A DNA stretch of 64,000 bases from Akkermansiaceae bacterium. Its GTDB lineage: Bacteria > Verrucomicrobiota > Verrucomicrobiia > Verrucomicrobiales > Akkermansiaceae. Positions 35,552-45,828 of this stretch are shown here, one piece after another (the first letter of the stretch is position 1; each line of letters begins with the position of its first letter). Made by a program: the position numbers and the translations under genes. The notes under the pieces were generated by a model. The model was not told the DNA's origin and did not search any database. It was given only the letters and a program-made list of their open reading frames with translations. The stretch spans positions 124,918 to 188,917 of the forward strand of contig JBPOGF010000005.1 in the NCBI GenBank assembly GCA_051251915.1. Reading direction: 5' to 3'.

Positions 35552-37474
35552 TTAGTTGTTAGATGATTCGTAGTAGGTGTATCCGTTGAGCATTTTGCGG
35601 TATGATTCCATGATTTCACGGCGTTGGGTGGGGGTGATTTTACCTTGGACTACGGAATTTTCTGCTAGTTTGAGGAAGCGCTCGGTGATGTTTTTGGTGT
35701 CGTATTCTACGTATGAGAGGACGTCTGAGATGGAGTCTCCTGCTAGTTCACGTTGGTAGTTGATGGCTCCATTTTTGATGTCGATGCTAATGACGTTGGT
35801 GTCGCCGAGGAGGTTGTGGAGGTCACCGAGGGTTTCTTGGTAGGCTCCGACGAGGAAGACGCCGACGTAGTATTCTTCTTTATTTTTCAGCTCATGTAGA
35901 GGGAGGTAAGATTGATGTTCACCGTTGATGATGAAAGAGTCTAGTCTGCCGTCACAGTCACAGGTGATGTCTGCGAGTGTGGCGTTGGCTGTGGGTTCTT
36001 CATTGAGGCGGTGGATGGGCATGACTGGGAAGAGCTGGTCGATGGCCCATGAGTCTGGGAGTGACTGGAAGATGCTGAGGTTACCGTAGTAGACATCTAG
36101 GAATGGGGGGGTGTCTGAGAGTTCTTCTGGGGCTTGCTCAAGCGTGCGGGACATGGCGTAGATCTTGGTCATGATGTCCGTGTAGAGCGAGTTGGCGTAG
36201 GCGCGTTCACGTAGTGAAACGTTGCCGTGGCGGAAGAGTGAGAGGATTTCTGAGCGGAAATATTCTGCGTCGTTGTAGCACTCTTGGATGTTATCAGTGG
36301 TGAGGTAAGCCTCGACTTCTTTTAGTTTTTTGAGCTGAGGGTGAAGGGATTCTGGGACGACTTGTTGGTTGATGTCGGTGGAGGGGCTGTTGACGTCGAG
36401 GATGTTGAAGATGAGGACGGAGTAGTATGCGGAGATGGCGCGGCCTGATTCGCTGATGATAGTGGGGTGTGCTATTCCTGCTTCATCGCAGACTGTCTTG
36501 GTGACTTCTACGACGTCTGCGGCATATTCTGTGACTCCGTAGTTTTTGCTATTTCTGCTGTTACTGCGTGAGCCGTCGTAGTCGATGCCGAGTCCGCCGC
36601 CGATGTCTAGTAGGCCCATTGGGGCGCCTTCGTTGACGAGCTCGGTGTAGATGCGGCTGGCTTCAGAGGCGGCTTCGCGGATTGCGCGGATTTCTGGGAC
36701 TTGTGAGCCTTGGTGATAGTGGAGGAGTTTGAGGAAGGAGAGTTTGCCCTTTTCTTTGAGGGTGTCGACAACGTTGAGGATCTGGTTAGTGGTGAGGCCA
36801 AATACGGAATTTTCACCAGACGAGTGTGACCAGTAGGAGTTGTTACTGGTGGATAATTTCACACGAATTCCTAGCTGTGGGTCAATACCGAGGGCTTCTG
36901 CGCGTTCTAGAATGAGGTCGAGTTCGCTGGGCATTTCGACAACGAGGATGGTTTGTAGTCCCATCTTGAGGCTTTGTAATGCGAGGTCGATGAATTCCTG
37001 GTCTTTGTAGCCATTGCAAATGATGTAGGCGTTGGGGTCGTGCATGTAGGAGAGGGCGATGAGGAGCTCAGGCTTGCTGCCGGCTTCGAGGCCGTATTGG
37101 TATTGCTGGCCGAACTCGGTGATTTCTTCGATGACCTGCTGCTGTTGGTTGACCTTGACTGGGTAAACGCCGTGGTAGTCGCCTTGATAATTGCTTTCCT
37201 TAATTGCATAGCGGAATGCTTCATTGATGCTACGGATTTGAGCGGCAAGGAGGTCTGGGAAGCGAAGTAAGACGGGGCTACTAAGGCCGCGTTCGTTACC
37301 GCCTTTTACGATCTGGTGTAGGCTTGCGTCGACGAGTTCGTCTCCATCATTGAGTCTGACGCACATTTCGCCTGCTTCGTTGATGCTAAAAAATTGATTG
37401 GTCCAAGTGTCAAAGCTGTAGAGCTCTTTGGCTTGATGAATGTCCCAGGATTCTGGGCGATTAGACTCAGTCAT
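35552..37474 (-). CDS. speA: Biosynthetic arginine decarboxylase
   Basis: YPVKVNQ, GLEAGSKPEL, DIGGGLG.DYDG, SLPDSWAIDQLFP, DITCDCDG and GAYQETLGDLHNL motifs; start at MTESNR. Confidence 0.96.
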   Translation of the reverse strand: MTESNRPESWDIHQAKELYSFDTWTNQFFSINEAGEMCVRLNDGDELVDASLHQIVKGGNERGLSSPVLLRFPDLLAAQIRSINEAFRYAIKESNYQGDYHGVYPVKVNQQQQVIEEITEFGQQYQYGLEAGSKPELLIALSYMHDPNAYIICNGYKDQEFIDLALQSLKMGLQTILVVEMPSELDLILERAEALGIDPQLGIRVKLSTSNNSYWSHSSGENSVFGLTTNQILNVVDTLKEKGKLSFLKLLHYHQGSQVPEIRAIREAASEASRIYTELVNEGAPMGLLDIGGGLGIDYDGSRSNSRNSKNYGVTEYAADVVEVTKTVCDEAGIAHPTIISESGRAISAYYSVLIFNILDVNSPSTDINQQVVPESLHPQLKKLKEVEAYLTTDNIQECYNDAEYFRSEILSLFRHGNVSLRERAYANSLYTDIMTKIYAMSRTLEQAPEELSDTPPFLDVYYGNLSIFQSLPDSWAIDQLFPVMPIHRLNEEPTANATLADITCDCDGRLDSFIINGEHQSYLPLHELKNKEEYYVGVFLVGAYQETLGDLHNLLGDTNVISIDIKNGAINYQRELAGDSISDVLSYVEYDTKNITERFLKLAENSVVQGKITPTQRREIMESYRKMLNGYTYYESSNN

Positions 37475-37613
37475 TATGGTGATATGTGGTAGTAAGATTG
37501 TGTTAGTGGCTTTTTCTAAAAGCTTTTGGTTAGATAGAATTATGTAGTGAAAAGAAGTTAATTTGGGAAGTGAAAAAATGTGAGGTTTTAGAAGAGGATG
37601 GTTGTTTTGATGC

Positions 37614-38054
37614 TTAAATTTGCTTTTGCATGGCAATGTGCGGGATTGAGACCTCAATAAAAGTGTCACCGTCTTCTTGGTAGCCTGCTTTTTTGTAGAA
37701 TGGTATAGCGGTTGATCTGGCGTGGAGGTGGATTTCTTTAATGCCTATTTTATGAAGTTGGGCTTCGGTGAGTGTGAGTAGCTTGGATCCGTGACCTTTT
37801 CCTTGATGGGCGTTGGATACTGCCATTTGTCTCAGCTTAGAGGTGGTTTTGGATTGTGGGACAGCGATGACGCAGGCAATGAGTTCTGTTGTGTCATTGA
37901 ACAAACCGAAGTGTGTCTGATTTCTTTCTGCTTCTAGGTTTTCTTGATAAAGGTTAAGTCCTAGGGGCTGACGTAGCACGGTGTTTCTGAGGCGACATTC
38001 TGCATCATAATCTGGTGAGCCATAGACGATCTTTCGAAAAGTGAGCGTTGTCAT
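37614..38054 (-). CDS. GNAT N-acetyltransferase (ElaA/YjcF-like)
   Basis: LRQMAV..HQGKGHG, LHAR..A.PFY.K.GY and IPHIAM motifs. Confidence 0.9.
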   Translation of the reverse strand: MTTLTFRKIVYGSPDYDAECRLRNTVLRQPLGLNLYQENLEAERNQTHFGLFNDTTELIACVIAVPQSKTTSKLRQMAVSNAHQGKGHGSKLLTLTEAQLHKIGIKEIHLHARSTAIPFYKKAGYQEDGDTFIEVSIPHIAMQKQI

Positions 38055-38087
38055 GCTAGGGGTTTTAGTTGAGATAGGGAGGTTGAT

Positions 38088-38939
38088 TCATTTCATGACG
38101 GTTTGCTCCAACCATGCTGCGAGGAGTGTTGGCCATGTTTCAGCTGCGCGTTTACCTGGACGTAGCCCGAAGCCGTGTCCGCCGCTGGGTAGGATGTGTA
38201 ATTCAAATGGGATCTTCTCTTGTCTGAGTGCTGCGCCCATTACTAAACTGCTGTTTGCGAAGCGGTCATCGGCAGCTACGAAAAGAAACATCGGTGGGGT
38301 TTTGTTAGTGAGTTTCAATTCTGGGGTCAGGCTGTGGTCGGGGCCCTTGTCTAGGTATGCGGGGTAGATTAGAGCTGCAAAATCTGGTCGTGCTGACTGA
38401 TTGTCTAGTTGGTCAACTGGTTTGTAGAGAATTTCTTGGTGTTGGGTGCTGGCTCTTGCGCTGAGGCTTCCACCGGCGGAAAAGCCCATGATGCCGATTT
38501 TATCTGCATCGATGCCGCGTTGTTTGGATGTGCTACGTACGTGACGGATTGCTCGTTGGGCATCTTGTAGCGCGCCTAGTTGATTTTGTGGGACGCGGTA
38601 TTGTAGGACGAATGTGGTGTAGCCTATTTTGCTCAACTTTTCGGCTACTTCGTAACCTTCTAGATCAACTGCGAGGATATTATAGCCGCCGCCAGGGCAG
38701 ATGATGATAGCGGCTCCGTTTTTGAGTTTGGGGTCTGCTTCATAGACTACGAGAGCAGGGTTGGTTACTTTTGCTAGCCGTGTAACGTTTCCTTTGTTGT
38801 TTTCGGAGATTACTGGTTCGGCTTTTGGTTCAGCTTGGCCGGGTACTTTATCCGGCCATAGGTAGACGATTTCGTGATCTTTGGCGTAGGACGTGTGAGT
38901 GAAGCAGGTAAGTATCAAACATTGAAGTAATCGTATCAT
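38088..38939 (-). CDS. Secreted alpha/beta hydrolase (carbohydrate esterase-like)
   Basis: CPGGGY, GFSAGG nucleophile elbow, LIYPAY and GGHGFGL motifs. Confidence 0.88.
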   Translation of the reverse strand: MIRLLQCLILTCFTHTSYAKDHEIVYLWPDKVPGQAEPKAEPVISENNKGNVTRLAKVTNPALVVYEADPKLKNGAAIIICPGGGYNILAVDLEGYEVAEKLSKIGYTTFVLQYRVPQNQLGALQDAQRAIRHVRSTSKQRGIDADKIGIMGFSAGGSLSARASTQHQEILYKPVDQLDNQSARPDFAALIYPAYLDKGPDHSLTPELKLTNKTPPMFLFVAADDRFANSSLVMGAALRQEKIPFELHILPSGGHGFGLRPGKRAAETWPTLLAAWLEQTVMK

Positions 38940-39071
38940 TAGGGTGAATCTGAACCCATGCGAGGTGGCTTGTCAAATAGCATTGTAGTCCCATTGTTTA
39001 GGGGATTGCTGAGCTATGGTATATCTTGGAGTCTTCTTGGAGTCATTTGTAGCAGTCGCAGGGGGGAGTTT

Positions 39072-40172
39072 TTATTGAGTCCATGGCCCGGTGACTACTT
39101 GCCAGTTAGTTTTGATGTAGCTGCCGTGTTGTTTGCGGAGGTTGACTCGGTAGGTTTCGATCTGTTCTTGGCGACGGATGGTCTCGATGGCTATAACGAT
39201 TTCTGGTTTCATTTCATCGAAGCTACGGTTACGGGCAGGTTGTTTTTCGAGGACGTTGATGAGGTGCCAGCCTAGTTTGGTGGTGATGATTTCTGGGGTG
39301 TTTAGTTTTGCTGCGAAGCAGGCATCGGTGAAGTCTTTGGCGATGCGGCTACGATGAATCCAGCCTAGGTTGCCGGCAGAGTTTTTGGTGCGTTCGTCTT
39401 CGCTGTAATGTGCTGCATTGAGAGCGAATAACGTGGAGCTTTCGATTTCTTGTTGGCTCGCATTGAGGCATCCCTTGAGGGTTTTTTCGGCATAGGCGGC
39501 TTTTGCATCAGGAGTCTGGCCGGGGGCGGGGAGGCGTGATATGAAGATGTGTTGGACTTTGATTCGCTCAGGCGTGTTGGTTTTATCTTTAAAGTCTTGA
39601 TACCAGGTTAGGGCGTCGTCATCGGTGACTGCGATGCCGGGTTCGATTTTGGAGAGGATGTATTTTTCCTGCTGGAGTTGGGCGGCTAGACGGAAGCGGA
39701 GTTCTTTTTCACCTTGGAATCCGTAGGCTTTGAGGGCTTCGGTCATTTCTTGCTTGGTGTTGAATCTAGCTGAGAAGCGTAGGACGGCGGCGTTTATTTC
39801 CTCATCGCTGACGGGGTAGTCATCGGAGTTCAGCTTTACCTTTTCGCGGAGGATGTATTGATCCTGGATGTTTCTAAGGGCTTCGGCGCGGAGGAAGAGG
39901 CGTTGTTTTTCTTGGATGCTGGAACGTGTCCTGCCAGTTGACCAAAGTTTTTGGTCGACGGCGAAGTCTACTTGGCTGAGGTAGATAGGGCGGTTGAAGA
40001 CGCGTGATGCGACGCCGCGTTGGGCGTCGTCTTCGAATTTTGGTTGGTCGTTACGGAGCTTGCGCGCCATGTCATCGACCGGGCCTTTGAAGATGAGTAG
40101 ATCGAGTAATATGTACAGCATCAATAGCGACCAGAGACCTAGTCGCCAAAGAAATTTCTTTGAAATACTCAT
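39072..40172 (-). CDS. Parvulin-type peptidyl-prolyl isomerase (SurA/PrsA-like)
   Basis: N-terminal TM; VQHIFI, YSED..K..AGNLGW and TKLGWHLI motifs. Confidence 0.85.
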   Translation of the reverse strand: MSISKKFLWRLGLWSLLMLYILLDLLIFKGPVDDMARKLRNDQPKFEDDAQRGVASRVFNRPIYLSQVDFAVDQKLWSTGRTRSSIQEKQRLFLRAEALRNIQDQYILREKVKLNSDDYPVSDEEINAAVLRFSARFNTKQEMTEALKAYGFQGEKELRFRLAAQLQQEKYILSKIEPGIAVTDDDALTWYQDFKDKTNTPERIKVQHIFISRLPAPGQTPDAKAAYAEKTLKGCLNASQQEIESSTLFALNAAHYSEDERTKNSAGNLGWIHRSRIAKDFTDACFAAKLNTPEIITTKLGWHLINVLEKQPARNRSFDEMKPEIVIAIETIRRQEQIETYRVNLRKQHGSYIKTNWQVVTGPWTQ

Positions 40173-40209
40173 TTAGAGATGCTGAATATAGGGAGGGTGT
40201 GATGAATGA

Positions 40210-40578
<369 letters not shown>

Positions 40579-40596
40579 TTAATATTTTTATAAATT

Positions 40597-40612
40597 AGCA
40601 GATGGTGTGCCA
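40597..40612 (-). promoter_or_regulatory. Sigma-54 (-24/-12) promoter of glnB
   Basis: Minus strand TGGCAC-ACCAT-CTGCT with exact GG-N10-GC spacing, about 40 bp before the start codon. Confidence 0.75.
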
Positions 40613-40726
40613 GATTGGTAAATTTTCTAAACATAGTTTATGAGCTATTTTTGGGATATGGCAAGAAAGGAACTGTGATAATTAAAAAAAGTGGGTGTCT
40701 TATTGACTGGATTTAAGAATTAGGAG

Positions 40727-40996
40727 ATGCATAGTAGTCTCATGTTTGAGGAAGATGATCTAGTCAAAAATCTTGTACCGGCTGTAAAACAGCAGTTGGA
40801 GTCAAAGCAGACGCCATTTGTGAAGAAAGCGCTGGATAGGCTTATGGGAACTGGCGTGGATGAGGGTGATGCTGAGATGATGATAGCTCTTTGTCTGGCT
40901 GATGAGTCTAATAGGATGTTTATTGATAAGCGGGATTTTGATTTGGCGAGGTATCGAGAGCTACTTGATGCTCTGCCTGAGTTACCAGAGGGTTAG
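40727..40996 (+). CDS. Hypothetical protein
   Basis: 89-aa helical ORF (AVKQQLESKQTPFVK; FD..RY..LL..LPELP). Confidence 0.7.
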   Translation: MHSSLMFEEDDLVKNLVPAVKQQLESKQTPFVKKALDRLMGTGVDEGDAEMMIALCLADESNRMFIDKRDFDLARYRELLDALPELPEG

Positions 40997-41010
40997 GAAG
41001 GTTAGGAAGG

Positions 41011-41859
41011 TTAGGAGCTGATGCTAACTTTATAGATGGCTTCGGCATTTTGGTGTAAGATTTTGTGTTGCTCGTTTTCTGAGTAGTTGGCGAAATGTTC
41101 TCTCACTTTGGTAAGCCATGTGGGTAGGTCTTTAGAGAGGTTGCAGACTGGCCAGTCTGAGCCGATGAGGATGCGATCAGTGCCGAAGGATTCTATGGTA
41201 GTGTCTATCCATGGGTTGAGGGAGCTGACTGCTGAGTCAGCAGGAAGGCCAGCGATGATGCCGGAGACTTTGCAGACGACGTTGGGTAGGCTGGCGATTT
41301 TTTTTAAAGAAGTAGCCCATTTGCTGAAGTTTTTTTCAGAAAGTGAGGGGCCGCCGCAGTGGTCGAGGACGAATTGGGTGTTGGGGCATGATTTGATGAG
41401 GTCGTAGCCAATTTCGTGTTGGTTTTCGTTGATGCATAGATCAAAGGGGAGGTTGTGGTTAGAGAGAGAGTTGATATTTTCTCTGAAACGTGTCGATTGC
41501 GACATTGCGTCTGGCATTACATGTAAGACTCGACGGAATCCGCAGACGGAATCTGTAAGTGTTGAGTTGATGAGTTGGTTGAAATTTTCTTTTTCTGGCC
41601 TGCAGGCGGCGATGACTCCTAATAGTGTGTGTTTATTACTTTTTGCTAGTTCGGTGAAAAATGCGGCTTCTTGAGATATCTCGCTTTCATCGACATCTAC
41701 TTCCATGAAAATACTGCCTGCTATTCCGTGGTTTTGGCTTATTTTTTCATAATCATCGATCGTAAAATCGTTTTGCAGAGCAGGGAAGTCTGCGCACCAA
41801 GCATAGGAGAATTTCTTCTGATAGAGTAAGTGCAGGTGAGTGTCTAGAATAGGAATCAT
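41011..41859 (-). CDS. Amidohydrolase_2, probable L-fucono-lactonase
   Basis: DTHLHL, FVLDHCG, CKVSG and GSDWPVC motifs; divergent from the fucose cluster. Confidence 0.85.
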   Translation of the reverse strand: MIPILDTHLHLLYQKKFSYAWCADFPALQNDFTIDDYEKISQNHGIAGSIFMEVDVDESEISQEAAFFTELAKSNKHTLLGVIAACRPEKENFNQLINSTLTDSVCGFRRVLHVMPDAMSQSTRFRENINSLSNHNLPFDLCINENQHEIGYDLIKSCPNTQFVLDHCGGPSLSEKNFSKWATSLKKIASLPNVVCKVSGIIAGLPADSAVSSLNPWIDTTIESFGTDRILIGSDWPVCNLSKDLPTWLTKVREHFANYSENEQHKILHQNAEAIYKVSISS

Positions 41860-41969
41860 GGAAAATGTACTAAATTGTTAATCTGGTTTTGTCTATAAAA
41901 ACAGCGACTTGTGGGATTTAAGTGTGATAATGCGTCTACTGACTTTACAAAATTGATTTGTACTTGAGA

Positions 41970-41984
41970 GAATCTGTCATACTT
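41970..41984 (+). promoter_or_regulatory. Candidate FadR/GntR operator 1
   Basis: GAATCTGTCATAC, 12/13 identical to 42771-42783. Confidence 0.55.
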
Positions 41985-42000
41985 GTTATTTAATTCAAAC

Positions 42001-42735
42001 ATGAACAGACCTACACGTGGCGCGGATAAAATTATCTCAGCTATCTCTTCCCAGTTAGCAAACGAAACTCTCAAAGGAGGCGACCGACTTCCGTCCGAAG
42101 CGAAACTTTGCGAAGAGTTTAATGTTTCTCGAACGGTAGTAAGAGAAGCCATTCAGCAGTTAAAGGCGATTGGGGTAGTCAATACGATCACGGGTAGTGG
42201 TAGTTACGTCACTGAAGGTGATCTCTTAGGTCTGAAAAGTTCGCTAGAGTTTTACGCCATCATGACGGGTGATACTAAGAGTTGGATTGAGTTGCTTGAG
42301 TTGCGTGTCTTGTTAGAATCTTCATGTGCTCGGAAACTTGCGGGTGAGGGTTTCTCAGAAGCTGGTCTTCAAAAATTAAAAGCGGCACTTCAGGCACAGG
42401 CAGACAATCAAAGTGACACGAAGTTATTCTCTGCACTGGACGTAAGGTTTCATCAGGTTTTAACCATGGCATCAGGAAATAGGATCATCTTGGCGGTTCT
42501 TTCTTCTTTAGAGAACTTGCAGCAGAAATTCTCTAAGGAGACCTACTTAGCGGAAAACACTCAATTACTTATCGACAGAAATTTGCAAGAGCACTCACGA
42601 ATTGTTGAGGCGATCGAAAAAAGAGATCCAGATCTCGCGGAGGAGGCTATGCAAAATCACCTCAATGAGACTAAAAAATATTTACTACAATACATCGAGA
42701 GGCGGGCACGTGATCTGGATACAACCTTAAAATAA
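42001..42735 (+). CDS. GntR/FadR-family transcriptional regulator
   Basis: GDRLPSEAKLCEEFNVSRTVVREA wHTH; FCD domain D..FH, EH..I..AI and M.NHL. Confidence 0.93.
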   Translation: MNRPTRGADKIISAISSQLANETLKGGDRLPSEAKLCEEFNVSRTVVREAIQQLKAIGVVNTITGSGSYVTEGDLLGLKSSLEFYAIMTGDTKSWIELLELRVLLESSCARKLAGEGFSEAGLQKLKAALQAQADNQSDTKLFSALDVRFHQVLTMASGNRIILAVLSSLENLQQKFSKETYLAENTQLLIDRNLQEHSRIVEAIEKRDPDLAEEAMQNHLNETKKYLLQYIERRARDLDTTLK

Positions 42736-42745
42736 ATCAGAGTTC

Positions 42746-42785
42746 TTGACAATTTTCGTGCTAAGGCTTTGAATTTGTCATACAA
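42746..42785 (+). promoter_or_regulatory. Sigma70-like promoter followed by candidate FadR operator 2
   Basis: TTGACA (42746)-17 bp-TTGAAT, then near-palindrome TTGTCATACAA (42775-42785). Confidence 0.65.
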
Positions 42786-42796
42786 GACACATCGCA

Positions 42797-43546
42797 ATGA
42801 AAACAGCAGTAATCACAGGAGCGGGCTCAGGCATCGGCCAAGCAGTAGCATATCAGCAAGCTAAAGAAGGAAATCACGTAGTTATTTTAGACTATTCAGA
42901 AGAGGCGGCTCAGGTAACAGCGAGCCAAATCATCACAGATGGAGGCTCAGCCGCTATCATAAAATGTGATGTTTCTGACACGGCATCCGTCAAAGCTGCT
43001 TTTGAGCAGATCGAAAGAGTTGACGTTTTGGTCAATAATGCGGGCATAGCAGCCGTGGGCAACGTCGAAGAATGTAGCTCTGAAGAGCTGGATCGTATTT
43101 ATGGGGTGAATGTCAAAGGTGTGTACCATTGTCTTCATTTTGCGTTACCTAAGATGGTGGCGAATGGTGGGGGAGCTATTGTTAACCTTGCATCAATTGC
43201 TTCTAAGGTAGGAATTCAGGATCGTTTTGCTTATTCTATGTCAAAAGGAGCTGCGCATGCCATGACGCTGTCTGTTGCTCGTGATTATATAGATAAAGGT
43301 GTTCGTTGTAACTGTGTCTGTCCGGCGCGTGTTCACACTCCATTCGTAGATGGTTATCTTGAGAAAAACTATCCTGAAGCTGAGCGTCCAGAAATGTTCG
43401 CCAAGCTCAGTGAGTATCAGCCAATCGGGCGCATGGGCACTCCTGAGGAGATAGCAGATCTCATCGGGTTCCTCTGCTCAGATAAGGCATCCTTCATTAC
43501 TGGTTCCGCCTATGACATCGATGGCGGAGTCATCCTTCTTAGATAG
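42797..43546 (+). CDS. SDR dehydrogenase, probable 2-keto-3-deoxy-L-fuconate dehydrogenase
   Basis: TGAGSGIG, DRFAYSMSKGA and NCVCPARVHTP motifs; pathway context. Confidence 0.8.
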   Translation: MKTAVITGAGSGIGQAVAYQQAKEGNHVVILDYSEEAAQVTASQIITDGGSAAIIKCDVSDTASVKAAFEQIERVDVLVNNAGIAAVGNVEECSSEELDRIYGVNVKGVYHCLHFALPKMVANGGGAIVNLASIASKVGIQDRFAYSMSKGAAHAMTLSVARDYIDKGVRCNCVCPARVHTPFVDGYLEKNYPEAERPEMFAKLSEYQPIGRMGTPEEIADLIGFLCSDKASFITGSAYDIDGGVILLR

Positions 43547-43590
43547 ATAAGAAATTTCAACTATTCACAACAAACGACATACTTTAAAAC

Positions 43591-44454
43591 ATGAAACTAA
43601 TCCGCTTTTACAAAGACGAAAAACTTACCCCTGGAATTATCTGCAAGGACTGCTCGAACACCGCAGTTGATTGTTCATCATTTGGGGAGGACTGGAACGA
43701 GAACTTCTTTGAGACAGATGGTCTTAAGCGTCTGCTCGACTTCCTTATTGCGAACCGTGCTGATCTTCCTGAGTCAAAACTTGATGAAGTCAAGCTAGCG
43801 CCAGCGATTGCTCGTCCATCTAAGATTGTCTGCATTGGTCTTAACTATGCTCTCCACGCCAAAGAATCTGGAATGGAGCCGCCATCTGAGCCTGTGGTAT
43901 TCTTTAAATCCACTTCTGCGTGGTCCGGACCAAATGATGATATTCTTATCCCGCGCAAGTCAGATAAATCTGATTGGGAAGTAGAGCTCGCAGTGGTGAT
44001 TGGTAAGAAAGCCAAATATGTTTCAAAAGAGAACGCTCTTGACCATGTAGCAGGCTATGCGGTCCACAATGATCTATCCGAGCGTGCTTGGCAGATCGAA
44101 ATGGGAGGTCAGTGGGTGAAAGGAAAGTCGGCAGACACCTTCGCTCCATTCGGGCCATACATGGCAACTAAGGATGAAATTTCAGATCCTAACAGCCTCA
44201 ATCTTTGGCTTAAGCTCAATGGTAAGAAAATCCAGGACAGCACAACTGCTGACTTTATTTTCAATGTGCAACACGTCATTGCTTATCTTTCTGAGTTCAT
44301 GACTCTCCTTCCAGGGGATGTGATTTCCACAGGGACGCCGGCTGGTGTAGGTTTAGGATTTGACCCGCCAGTCTATCTTAAAGACGGCGACGTTGTAGAA
44401 TTAGGTATCGATGGTCTAGGTACACAGAAGCAAACAGCAGTAAAAGAAAAGTAA
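43591..44454 (+). CDS. FAH-family hydrolase, probable 2,4-diketo-3-deoxy-L-fuconate hydrolase
   Basis: KIVCIGLNY, DWEVEL, NDLSER, WVKGKS and PGDVISTGTP.GVG motifs. Confidence 0.85.
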   Translation: MKLIRFYKDEKLTPGIICKDCSNTAVDCSSFGEDWNENFFETDGLKRLLDFLIANRADLPESKLDEVKLAPAIARPSKIVCIGLNYALHAKESGMEPPSEPVVFFKSTSAWSGPNDDILIPRKSDKSDWEVELAVVIGKKAKYVSKENALDHVAGYAVHNDLSERAWQIEMGGQWVKGKSADTFAPFGPYMATKDEISDPNSLNLWLKLNGKKIQDSTTADFIFNVQHVIAYLSEFMTLLPGDVISTGTPAGVGLGFDPPVYLKDGDVVELGIDGLGTQKQTAVKEK

Positions 44455-44455
44455 G

Positions 44456-45793
44456 ATGAAAATCACAAGCGCCAAGGTCATAGACCTTAGAATTCCGACC
44501 TCGGATGCACTCCTTGGATCTGATCCATTTCATACTGAGCCAGATTACTCGTCAGCCGTTCTTCATCTTGAAACAGATGGTGGGCTACGAGGTGTTTCTG
44601 TAGTATTTACTATCGGAGCTGGGACAGACTGGATTTGTCATGGGATCGAAGATCTCTGCCAGCTGGTTATCGGATCTGATTTGGAAGATTTTACCAAGTC
44701 ACCTATCACACTCTATAAGCGACTCATTGATCATCATCAGCTTCGTTGGCTACATGATGGTGTTTTCCGTATGGCGTGTGGAGCAGTCCTCAATGCTATG
44801 TGGGATCTATGGGCAAAGTCTGAGAAGAAACCACTTTGGAAACTTCTCACTGACTTAGAGCCTGAGTTTATTGTTGATTGTATCGACTGGCGTAACATCA
44901 AAGATGCGCTCACTCCGGATGAAGCACTAGAGATTCTTAACAAGGCGAAGGTTAACAAAGAACAGCGTGTGCAAGAAATGTCCGAGATAGGGCCAAAAGC
45001 ATACTGCACGGCCGGCTGGCTTGGTCTCACTAATGATCAGATCAAGGCGACTATTGATAAGCTTCAAGAACAAGGCTTCGATGCTTTCAAACTTAAAGTA
45101 GGGCAAGATCTGGAAAGCGATGTCGAGCGTATGAGAGCAATGCGTGAGCACATAGGTCCAGACATCGATCTGATGGTGGATGCTAACCAGTTCTGGGGAG
45201 TGGATGAAGCGAAGCAGCACATTGAGAACTATCTTCCATACAATCTTAAGTGGGTTGAAGAACCAATCGCGCGTGACGATGTCCTCGGTTATGTAGAACT
45301 TGCTGAGACATTCAAAGACGCATCATTCGATATGGCTTGTGGTGAGCAAGGCGCTTCACCTGTGATCTTTAAGCAGTTACTCAAGAGTGATGCAATCGGT
45401 TATTGTCAGATAGATGCAGTCCGCGTGGCGGGTGTGAACGACGTTATGGCGATCATTCTAATGGCTGCTAAATATGGCAAACCAGTATGCCCGCATGGTG
45501 GAGGAATAGCACTCTGCAATATGATTCAGCATTATGGGATGTGGGATCAAATAGCAGTTAGCGGACATTCAGATACTCAGCTGGTAGAATACATCGATTT
45601 CCTTCAGGAGGCGGTAGAGCAACCAGTGGAAATGATCAATGGGCATTATGCCACACCAGTCGCTCCAGGTTGGGGGCTAGAATTCCACCAAGAATTTTTA
45701 GACGACCACACATTCCCTACAGGAAAAGTGTGGAAAGATAGACCAGCAGAGAAGTGCGGAGCTAAATTTGAGAGTGTTCGCAAACTTAATTAA
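44456..45793 (+). CDS. fucD: L-fuconate dehydratase (enolase superfamily, ENOSF1/rTS-like)
   Basis: DLR.PTS..L.GSD..H..PDYS, QLRWL, TAGWLG, FKLKVG, MVDANQ, W.EEP and VCPHGGG motifs. Confidence 0.85.
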   Translation: MKITSAKVIDLRIPTSDALLGSDPFHTEPDYSSAVLHLETDGGLRGVSVVFTIGAGTDWICHGIEDLCQLVIGSDLEDFTKSPITLYKRLIDHHQLRWLHDGVFRMACGAVLNAMWDLWAKSEKKPLWKLLTDLEPEFIVDCIDWRNIKDALTPDEALEILNKAKVNKEQRVQEMSEIGPKAYCTAGWLGLTNDQIKATIDKLQEQGFDAFKLKVGQDLESDVERMRAMREHIGPDIDLMVDANQFWGVDEAKQHIENYLPYNLKWVEEPIARDDVLGYVELAETFKDASFDMACGEQGASPVIFKQLLKSDAIGYCQIDAVRVAGVNDVMAIILMAAKYGKPVCPHGGGIALCNMIQHYGMWDQIAVSGHSDTQLVEYIDFLQEAVEQPVEMINGHYATPVAPGWGLEFHQEFLDDHTFPTGKVWKDRPAEKCGAKFESVRKLN

Positions 45794-45828
45794 GTAAGAA
45801 AGTAAAAAATTAAACCTGATAAAAAACC

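Noticed and set aside
37475..37669. 65-residue N-terminal extension of speA in the ORF track
   Set aside because: It overlaps the upstream GNAT gene and is low-complexity; SpeA-like sequence starts at MTESNR (37474).
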